NCBI GenBank assembly: GCA_965204415.1 | Contig: CBDBEL010000003.1 | Coordinates: forward strand, 864,900-896,899 | Source: Candidatus Aldehydirespirator sp. | GTDB taxonomy: Bacteria > Actinomycetota > Acidimicrobiia > Acidimicrobiales > Aldehydirespiratoraceae | Direction: 5' to 3' | Length of the DNA: 32,000 nucleotides | In this document: in pieces, positions 7,661 through 14,565 of the stretch | Layout: the number at the start of each line of letters is the position of its first letter | Position numbering within the stretch: position 1 is the first letter of the stretch | Notes under the pieces: model-generated | Told to the model about the DNA's origin: nothing | Databases searched by the model: none | What the model saw: only the letters and a program-made list of their open reading frames with translations | Position numbers and translations under genes: made by a program

Positions 7661-8241
7661 GAACGACCGAGCTCCCCGCGGCGGAGGCGACCCGCCCCCG
7701 CACCGTCGTTGTCGGCGCCCTGCTGGCCACGGGGGCGGCCTTCATGGCCTTCGCCGCGCTTGTCTCGGTGTACGTCCAGCAGCGCCAGCAGGCTGTGGCC
7801 CTGGGCGAGGAGTGGTTCCCGTCCGGCACGGTCGAGCTCGGCCCCGCCGGAATGATGATGATGACGCTGGCGCTGTCCGTGGTGACGGTGCAGTGGGCGG
7901 TGCAGGCCGCCCGGGCCGAGGACCGGCCTCACGGGTTCATCGCGCTGGGGGTCACCCTGATGTTCGGCGCCGCAGTGATCAACCAGTTCTGGTTCGTCTA
8001 CCAGGACACCGCCTTCGCCATCGACGACGGCCGGGCCGAGTTGCTGTTCTACGCGGTCACCGGCTCGTTCATCGCCATGCTCATCGCGGCGATGGCGATG
8101 CTGGCGGTGACCACCATCCGCTCGCTGCTAGGGCCCTTCGGCCGCGATCTGGCCCACGCGGTACAGGCCTCGGCCACGTTCTGGCATATGTGCGTGCTGT
8201 GCTACTTCCTGGTCTGGTACGTCGTGTTCATCACCAAGTAG
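7657..8241 (+). CDS. heme-copper oxidase subunit III-like (short, ~5-TM) membrane protein
   Basis: 194 aa. ELLFYAVTGSFIAMLIAAMAML aligns with SSAFFTLTGFHGVHVSLGIVML of CtaE. SATFWHMCVLCYFLVWYVVF aligns with VGLYWHFVDIVWIFIFTVIY. Its start overlaps the upstream stop (ATGA). Confidence 0.75.
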   Translation: MRTTELPAAEATRPRTVVVGALLATGAAFMAFAALVSVYVQQRQQAVALGEEWFPSGTVELGPAGMMMMTLALSVVTVQWAVQAARAEDRPHGFIALGVTLMFGAAVINQFWFVYQDTAFAIDDGRAELLFYAVTGSFIAMLIAAMAMLAVTTIRSLLGPFGRDLAHAVQASATFWHMCVLCYFLVWYVVFITK

Positions 8242-8257
8242 GGCAGGCAGACCGAGC

Positions 8258-9070
8258 ATGTTCACCACCGGATTCAAGTTCTTCTTCGGACTGTTCGTCG
8301 CCTTCACCGGGGCTGCGCTCGTCTACGGCTACACCACCGGCGGCAACCACGTCGGCCCCATCTCGCTGGGTTGGAAGGGCGGAGTGGGCGACCATATCGG
8401 CTACGGGGTGCTCGTCGGGCTGGCCGCAGTCTCTCTGACCGTCAGCCTGGTGCTGGTGTCGTTCCGCGACGCCGACGCCTCGGCCCAGGCCCGCCTCCAG
8501 AACGTTGCCGAGGTGCTCACCGACCAGCCGGTGGCGGCCAGCTTCTGGCCGGTGGTCGCCGCTTTCGGCGTGGGCGCGGCCGCGGTTGGCCTGGTGCTGC
8601 ACCCCATGGTGTTCGTGCTGGGCCTCGCCCTGATCTTCCTTTCGCTGATCGAGTGGACGATGGACGGCTGGTCCGACCGGGCTACCGGCGACGCCGCGAT
8701 CAACCGGGAGCTGCGCAACCGCATCATGGCGCCCATCGAGATCCCCGTCGTGGGCACGCTCGGTGTGGCCGTGATCGTGCTGGCCGCCTCTCGCATCCTG
8801 CTGAACGTGTCGAAGCTGGAGGCAGTGTGGGTCGCGGGCGTCGTGTCGGCGCTGATCCTGATCGGCGCCTGGGTGTACACCAACCGGCCCGGTCTCGGCC
8901 GCCGTCTCGTGCGGATCCTGGGACCCGTGGCGGCCCTGCTGCTGGTGGTGGGCGGGGTGCTGGCGGCGGTGGCCGGCGAGCGCGAGTTCGTCCACCACGA
9001 CGTCGAGCACCAGTCCGACGACACCCACGAGGAGTCCGGTGAGCCGGCCGTGCCTGAGGAAGGCCACTGA
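8258..9070 (+). CDS. polytopic membrane protein; N-terminal half resembles actinobacterial oxidase subunit IV (CtaF), followed by extra TM helices and an acidic/His-rich tail
   Basis: 270 aa. It has two N-terminal TMs (FKFFFGLFVAFTGAALVYGY; GVLVGLAAVSLTVSLVLVSF). A PVAASFWPVVAAFGVGAAAVGLVL..LALIFLSLIEW hairpin then parallels HLPSPSFWPLAVAVGLPLIGYGLIF..LLTVASLYSW at the CtaD C-terminus. It lies 16 nt after the previous gene and ends 1 nt before the ctaC GTG. Confidence 0.7.
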   Translation: MFTTGFKFFFGLFVAFTGAALVYGYTTGGNHVGPISLGWKGGVGDHIGYGVLVGLAAVSLTVSLVLVSFRDADASAQARLQNVAEVLTDQPVAASFWPVVAAFGVGAAAVGLVLHPMVFVLGLALIFLSLIEWTMDGWSDRATGDAAINRELRNRIMAPIEIPVVGTLGVAVIVLAASRILLNVSKLEAVWVAGVVSALILIGAWVYTNRPGLGRRLVRILGPVAALLLVVGGVLAAVAGEREFVHHDVEHQSDDTHEESGEPAVPEEGH

Positions 9071-9071
9071 C

Positions 9072-10301
9072 GTGCGTACGTTGACGCCCGCCCGTGGCCT
9101 CGCCTGGGTGCTGGTGCTGCTGGGCGCAGTCGTTGTCACCGGCTGCGCAACCGACGCCGAGCTCGACACGTTCGCGCCGCAAGGCCCGATCGCCAGGGAA
9201 CTGCACTCCAGGGGAGTGCTTCCCGTCTTCTGGATCGCCGCGGTGGTGATGGTGGGCATCACGGTGGCCATGGTCTGGCTGATATGGCGGTACCGGGTCA
9301 AGAGCTACCGGGGCGACGACGAGTGGCCCGCCCAGACCCATGGCCATGTCCCGCTCGAGGTGGGCTGGACCGTGGGGTTCCTCGTCACCATGGCCGCGGT
9401 AGCGGTCATCATGCTGTGGTCACTTCCCACCGTGGACGCCACCGAGGTCAACAAGATGAGCGTCGAAATCGAGGACCGGAGCGTCGAGTGGGAACCCACC
9501 GTGGTGGTTGTGGGCAACCAGTGGTGGTGGGAGTTCCGCTACTACTTCACCGATCAGGTCGACTTGGCCGATCTGAGGGCCCATGGCGATGCCAAGACGC
9601 TGCCGCCGGCCGACATCGTCACCTCCGGCCAGATGATGATCCCCACCGGCGAGGAGATCGAGCTGATCATCACGGCGCGCGATGTGATCCACTCGTTCTG
9701 GATCCCAGCCCTCAACGGCAAGCGCGACGCGGTGCCCAACCGTTTCTCGCCCTGGAAGCTCGAGGCCTCCGATCCCGGCTTCTACTTCGGGCAGTGCACC
9801 GAGTTCTGCGGCCTGTCGCACTCCCGCATGAGGATGCAAGTGGTGGCGCTGACCCCCGCGGACTTCCAGTCGTGGGTCGACGCCACCACTCAGGACGCGG
9901 TCGAGCCCACCGATCCGGATGCACTGGCGGGCCTGGAGGTGTTCTCCGGCATCTGCACCTCCTGCCACGTCATCGAGGGAGTCAACGACGACGTCTTCGA
10001 GAGCGCCGACCAGGCATCCGGAGCGGCGCCCAACCTGACCCACTTCGCCAACCGGAGCACCTTCGCCGGCGGCATCTTCAACACCTACAACGCCGACGGG
10101 TCGCTCAACCGGGTCCAGCTCGAGGCCTGGCTCCGCAACCCCGGAGACCTCAAGGCCAACTACACCGTGCCGGGCGAGCAGTACCGGGGCATGCCCGATC
10201 TGGACCTGAGCGAGCAGCAGATCGACGACCTGGTGGCCTACCTTGCAGGGCTGGGGAAGCGGCCCGCAGGCTGGATCATCGAAGCGACCCAGGTGGAGTG
10301 A
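9072..10301 (+). CDS. ctaC: cytochrome c oxidase subunit II with fused C-terminal cytochrome c domain (caa3-type), probable lipoprotein
   Basis: The CuA site is HSFWIPALNGKRD...CTEFCGLSHSRM. The C-terminal heme c motif is CTSCH, with a downstream GMP Met. The signal/lipobox is LLGAVVVTGC. I chose the GTG at 9072, which follows GAGGAAGG. An in-frame ATG at 9039 is the alternative. Confidence 0.9.
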   Translation: MRTLTPARGLAWVLVLLGAVVVTGCATDAELDTFAPQGPIARELHSRGVLPVFWIAAVVMVGITVAMVWLIWRYRVKSYRGDDEWPAQTHGHVPLEVGWTVGFLVTMAAVAVIMLWSLPTVDATEVNKMSVEIEDRSVEWEPTVVVVGNQWWWEFRYYFTDQVDLADLRAHGDAKTLPPADIVTSGQMMIPTGEEIELIITARDVIHSFWIPALNGKRDAVPNRFSPWKLEASDPGFYFGQCTEFCGLSHSRMRMQVVALTPADFQSWVDATTQDAVEPTDPDALAGLEVFSGICTSCHVIEGVNDDVFESADQASGAAPNLTHFANRSTFAGGIFNTYNADGSLNRVQLEAWLRNPGDLKANYTVPGEQYRGMPDLDLSEQQIDDLVAYLAGLGKRPAGWIIEATQVE

Positions 10302-10342
10302 CATGGCGCATACCGAGGTAACGACCGGGGAGGTGCACGAGC

Positions 10343-12343
10343 ATGGCGATCACTGAGAAGACGCCCCTCGAGCTCGGCCCGGGCGACAGCGCCCGGTACG
10401 CCGAGCGGCCCCTTGGCATATTCACCCGCCCCCAGGGCGGTCGGGGCTGGCGAGACTGGCTCAGCACCGTCGACCACAAGCGCATCGGGATCCTGTACGG
10501 CGCCTCCGCGATGTTCTTCTTCCTGGTGGGCGGCGTCGAGGCGCTGCTCATCCGGCTGCAGCTGGCCGCCCCGGAGGGCTCGGTGCTCAGCGCCGACGTC
10601 TACAACCAGGTGTACACCATGCACGGCGTCACCATGGTGTTCCTGTTCATCATGCCGCTGGCCGCCGCCTTCGCGAACTACTTCATCCCCCTGCAGATCG
10701 GCGCCCGCGACGTGGCCTTCCCCCGGCTCAACGCGCTCTCGTACTGGATCTGGCTGTCGGGGGCCATCTTCTTGAACACGTCGTGGATCGTGGGCGGAGG
10801 CGGCGCCGACTGCGGGTGGTTCTGCTACTCGACCAACAGCGGCGTGGCCTTCTCGCCCAGCCACGGCGTGGACTTCTACGCCATCGGCCTGCAGATCCTG
10901 GGCATCGCCTCGCTGGTGTCGTCGGTGAACCTGATCGTCACCTGCCTCAACATGCGGGCCCCCGGCATGACGCTGATGCGGATGCCGGTGCTCACCTGGA
11001 TGCTGCTGATCACCCAGTTCCTGTTGCTGTTCGCGCTGCCGGTGATCACGGTGGCCCTGTTCCTGCTGATGTTCGACCGGCTCTTCGACGCCCAGTTCTT
11101 CAACCCCGACGCGGGCGCCGACCCGCTCTTATGGCAGCACTTATTCTGGATCTTCGGGCATCCGGAGGTGTACATCATCATCCTGCCCGCCTTCGGGGTG
11201 GTGTCGGAGATCATCCCCACCTTCAGCCGCAAGCCCCTGTTCGGCTACGAGTTCATGGTGTTCTCTGGGATCGCCATCGGGTTCATGGGCTGGGGCGTTT
11301 GGGCCCACCACATGTTCGTGTCGGGCATAGGCCCCATCTCGGTGGCCGCCTTCTCCCTGTCGACCATGTTCATCGCAGTGCCAACGGGGGTGAAGGTCCT
11401 CAACTGGCTTGCCACGATGTGGGGCGGGAAGCTGCGCTTCACGGTGGCCATGAAGTTCGCGGTGGCCACGGTGGCCATGTTCACCATCGGCGGGCTGTCG
11501 GGCGTGACCCACTCGGTGGCACCGGCCGACACCCAGCAGACCGACACCTACTACATCGTGGCCCACTTCCACTACGTGATCTTCGGCGGCGGCGTGCTCG
11601 GCCTGTTCGCGGGCCTCTACTTCTGGTGGCCCAAGGTGTGGGGCCACTTCCTCAACGAGCGGCTCGGCAACTGGAACTTCTGGATCATGCTGGTGGGCTT
11701 CAACCTCACCTTCGGCCCCATGCACATCCTGGGCCTTCAGGGCATGTCGCGCCGCATCGACACCTACGCACGGGGCTACGGCTTCGAGTTCTGGAACATG
11801 GCGGCCACCGTGGGGTCGCTGCTCCTGGCGGTGAGCGTGCTGGTGTTCATCTGGAACGTGGTCAAGTCCAAACGCGACGCCCCCCACCTGCCCCCGCCCG
11901 GTCCGGACCCCTGGGACGCCCGCAGCCTCGAGTGGTCGATCCCGTCGCCGGTGCCGGTCCACAACTTCGACACCGTGCCTCAGGTGCACGGCCGCGACGA
12001 GTGGTGGCACACCAAGTACGCCGAGAACGACGAGGGCCAGGTTGTGCGGGTCGCCACCGTTGAGGAGGCCGCCCAGACCGGCGAGGCCACCGGCGTGCAC
12101 CTGCCGTCGCCGTCGTTCTGGCCGCTGGCGGTGGCGGTCGGGCTGCCGCTCATCGGCTACGGCCTGATCTTCAACCTTTGGCTGGCGCTGATCGGCGCGC
12201 TCCTGACGGTCGCCTCCCTCTACTCGTGGGCCATGGAGCCGGTAGACGACCCCGACGCAACCCACGACCACCACGAAGCAGACCACCACGAGGACCACGC
12301 CGAGCCCGAGGCCGGGGCCGACGACGAAGGCGACCAGCCATGA
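10343..12343 (+). CDS. ctaD: cytochrome c oxidase subunit I with a ~107-aa C-terminal extension (CtaF-like TM hairpin plus His/Asp-rich tail)
   Basis: All six canonical His ligands are present (TMHG, WIFGHPEVY, WAHHMF, VAHFHYV). The extension from about nt 12020 contains HLPSPSFWPLAVAVGLPLIGYGL...SLYSWAMEP and then DATHDHHEADHHEDHAEPE. Confidence 0.95.
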   Translation: MAITEKTPLELGPGDSARYAERPLGIFTRPQGGRGWRDWLSTVDHKRIGILYGASAMFFFLVGGVEALLIRLQLAAPEGSVLSADVYNQVYTMHGVTMVFLFIMPLAAAFANYFIPLQIGARDVAFPRLNALSYWIWLSGAIFLNTSWIVGGGGADCGWFCYSTNSGVAFSPSHGVDFYAIGLQILGIASLVSSVNLIVTCLNMRAPGMTLMRMPVLTWMLLITQFLLLFALPVITVALFLLMFDRLFDAQFFNPDAGADPLLWQHLFWIFGHPEVYIIILPAFGVVSEIIPTFSRKPLFGYEFMVFSGIAIGFMGWGVWAHHMFVSGIGPISVAAFSLSTMFIAVPTGVKVLNWLATMWGGKLRFTVAMKFAVATVAMFTIGGLSGVTHSVAPADTQQTDTYYIVAHFHYVIFGGGVLGLFAGLYFWWPKVWGHFLNERLGNWNFWIMLVGFNLTFGPMHILGLQGMSRRIDTYARGYGFEFWNMAATVGSLLLAVSVLVFIWNVVKSKRDAPHLPPPGPDPWDARSLEWSIPSPVPVHNFDTVPQVHGRDEWWHTKYAENDEGQVVRVATVEEAAQTGEATGVHLPSPSFWPLAVAVGLPLIGYGLIFNLWLALIGALLTVASLYSWAMEPVDDPDATHDHHEADHHEDHAEPEAGADDEGDQP

Positions 12344-12461
12344 GCGCGGCAGCAGACCCAACCCGACAGGCCGGGGGGTGGCACGGGGGCAAGGAATGGC
12401 GGCGCTGGCGCCGCCAGGCCGCGCCCGTGACAGGACCCGCCGGCCGGAACGGAGTCTGCCA

Positions 12462-13094
12462 GTGAGCACAGAACCTCTCATCGCCGATCCCGGCCATGAA
12501 GTGGCTGATCACGGCCATGACCCGCACGCCACGACCACGGGCCTGTCGCACACCAAGCTGGCCATGTGGGTGTTCCTGGGCTCGGAATGCCTGCTGTTCG
12601 GCGGGCTGATCTCCACTTACCTGCTGTACAAGACCCGGGGCAACGGTCGCACGCTGCCCACCGACGTGTTCGACATCCCGTTCACGTCGGTGAGCTCGTT
12701 CGTGCTGCTGATGAGCTCCCTCACGATGGTGCTGGCCCTCTCCGCGGTGTCCCGGGGCGAGGACGAGGCCGGCCGCACCTGGCTGCTGGCCACCGCGCTG
12801 CTAGGCGGGATATTCATCGGCGGGCAGGTGTACGAGTTCACCAGCTTCGTACGGGAGGGCGTCGCCTTCACCACCAACCCGGCCAGCAGCGCCTTCTTCA
12901 CCCTGACCGGCTTCCACGGCGTGCACGTGAGCCTCGGCATCGTGATGCTGATGTCGCTGTTCGTGGCGTCGGTGAAGGGCAAGCTGACCCAGCGCAACGC
13001 GGAGACGGTGGAGATCGTCGGCCTCTACTGGCACTTCGTGGACATCGTGTGGATCTTCATATTCACTGTGATCTACCTGATCCCCGCCGACTGA
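12462..13094 (+). CDS. ctaE: cytochrome c oxidase subunit III (short form)
   Basis: Blocks include FFTLTGFHGVHVSLG and GLYWHFVDIVWIFIFTVIYL. I chose the GTG at 12462, which follows GGAG. The track ORF start at 12378 would add an R/P-rich extension. Confidence 0.9.
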   Translation: MSTEPLIADPGHEVADHGHDPHATTTGLSHTKLAMWVFLGSECLLFGGLISTYLLYKTRGNGRTLPTDVFDIPFTSVSSFVLLMSSLTMVLALSAVSRGEDEAGRTWLLATALLGGIFIGGQVYEFTSFVREGVAFTTNPASSAFFTLTGFHGVHVSLGIVMLMSLFVASVKGKLTQRNAETVEIVGLYWHFVDIVWIFIFTVIYLIPAD

Positions 13095-13099
13095 TTCCT

Positions 13100-13501
13100 A
13101 TGAGCGACACCGCCACCTCCGAGCACCCCGAGCACGCGGCCGACGCAGCCGGCGAGCACTCCGACGCCGACCACGACGAGGGCCACGCCCATCCCTCCGA
13201 CGCCGACCACGACGAGGGCCACGCCCATCCTTCGGACTGGGCCTACGCCAAGATCGCCATCGTGCTCGCCCTGGTCACCGCGCTGGAGGTGTTCACCTAC
13301 TTCGACACGGTGCTCGACTGGGGGGCGTTCCTGATCCCGTCGCTCATCTTCATGATGATCGTCAAGTTCTATTTGGTGGCCACCTGGTTCATGCACCTGC
13401 GCTTCGACAGCAAGCTGTTCGGCCGGATGTTCACCGCGGGGCTCATCCTGGCCGTCGGCGTGTACGTGGTCACGCTGACGGTCTTCGAGTTCTGGGTCTA
13501 G
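13100..13501 (+). CDS. ctaF: small cytochrome c oxidase subunit IV (Bacillus CtaF / prokaryotic COX4-type) with a His/Asp-rich N-terminal repeat
   Basis: 133 aa starting at ATG 13100 (MSDTATSEHPEH...). Three TM helices follow WAYAKIAIVLALVTALEVFTYF. Its position after ctaE matches B. subtilis ctaF. In the track it is hidden in the 3' part of ORF 12566..13501. Confidence 0.8.
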   Translation: MSDTATSEHPEHAADAAGEHSDADHDEGHAHPSDADHDEGHAHPSDWAYAKIAIVLALVTALEVFTYFDTVLDWGAFLIPSLIFMMIVKFYLVATWFMHLRFDSKLFGRMFTAGLILAVGVYVVTLTVFEFWV

Positions 13502-13604
13502 TGCTGTGCCGCCCGAGTGGACGGGGCAGCCCATGAGCCCCCACCGGCGGGTCGGGGCGGTTCGCGGCGCCCCGGTCGGCGCCGCCACGGACCGCTAGCC
13601 GGCT

Positions 13605-14510
13605 ATGGGCGCGCTGGCCGCCACCGACGCCTGGCGCTTCCAGTTCCATCCCGAGGTGTGGCTGACCGTCGCGCTGCTGGTCGGCCTCGCCGTCTATGTG
13701 GTGCGGGTGGTGGCCCCCGTCGCGGTGGCTCCGGGTGTGGCCGCGGTCACCAAGCGCCAGCGACTGTGCTTCATCGTGGGCGTGGCCCTGCTGTGGGTGT
13801 CGGCGGATTGGCCCATGCACGACATCGCCGAGGAGTACCTGTACTCGGTGCACATGGTGCAGCACCTGCTGATCAGCTTCGTGGTGCCGCCGCTGCTGCT
13901 CATGGCGGTGCCCGAGTGGCTGGCCCGGCTCATCGTGGTCGACGGCTCGCTCTCCGCCAAGGTCATCCGCCGCCTGGTGCACCCGCTGGTGGCGGGGGTG
14001 GTCTTCAACGCGCTGCAGGGCCTGATGCACTGGAACACCCTGGTGGAGCTGTCGGTCCGCAGCGGCCCCTTCCACTACGCCATGCACCTGCTCATGTTCA
14101 CCAGCGCGCTGGCCATGTGGATGGCGGTGGTAGGGCCTCTCAAGGAGTTCCACCTGTCCGAGCCGGCCAAGATGGTCTACCTGTTCACGATGTCGATCAT
14201 CCCCACCGTGCCGGCCGCCTGGCTGACCTTCGCCGAGGGCTCGGTGTACCCGGTCTACGACCACGCCCAGCGCTTGTTCGGCATCTCGGTGGCTGCCGAC
14301 CAGCAGGCCGCCGGCGCGGTGATGAAAGTGCTCGGCGGCCTCTACCTGTGGACCCTGATCGCCATCCGATTCTTCCGCTTCTCAGCCGCCCAGCGCCACG
14401 CCGACGCCACCGAGCGCCGCCAGCGCTTCTCGGCCAACACCCTCACCACGGCCGACGTCGAGGCCGAGTTCGAGCGCCTCGGCCCCCCGCCCTCCGAGCC
14501 CCGCCTCTAA
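13605..14510 (+). CDS. ctaG: cytochrome c oxidase assembly factor CtaG (caa3_CtaG family)
   Basis: 301 aa polytopic protein. It has the characteristic SVHMVQHLLISFVVPPLLLMAVPEW block and is the last gene of the cta cluster. Confidence 0.85.
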   Translation: MGALAATDAWRFQFHPEVWLTVALLVGLAVYVVRVVAPVAVAPGVAAVTKRQRLCFIVGVALLWVSADWPMHDIAEEYLYSVHMVQHLLISFVVPPLLLMAVPEWLARLIVVDGSLSAKVIRRLVHPLVAGVVFNALQGLMHWNTLVELSVRSGPFHYAMHLLMFTSALAMWMAVVGPLKEFHLSEPAKMVYLFTMSIIPTVPAAWLTFAEGSVYPVYDHAQRLFGISVAADQQAAGAVMKVLGGLYLWTLIAIRFFRFSAAQRHADATERRQRFSANTLTTADVEAEFERLGPPPSEPRL

Positions 14511-14565
14511 GAGGCCGAGCGGATAACAGCGGTTCCTGCACGCTCAGCGTCTACGGTTGCTGCGG

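Noticed and set aside
12344-12461. A small ORF or structured element in the ctaD-ctaE gap, including the GGCGGCGC-TG-GCGCCGCC palindrome.
   Set aside because: The loop is too short for a convincing hairpin, and the sequence is simple GC-rich DNA. It is probably just the 5' leader of ctaE.
12566-13099. The upstream 178 codons of ORF 12566..13501.
   Set aside because: This part is an alternative frame of ctaE (R/G/P-rich). Only the portion from ATG 13100 looks like a real subunit IV membrane protein.
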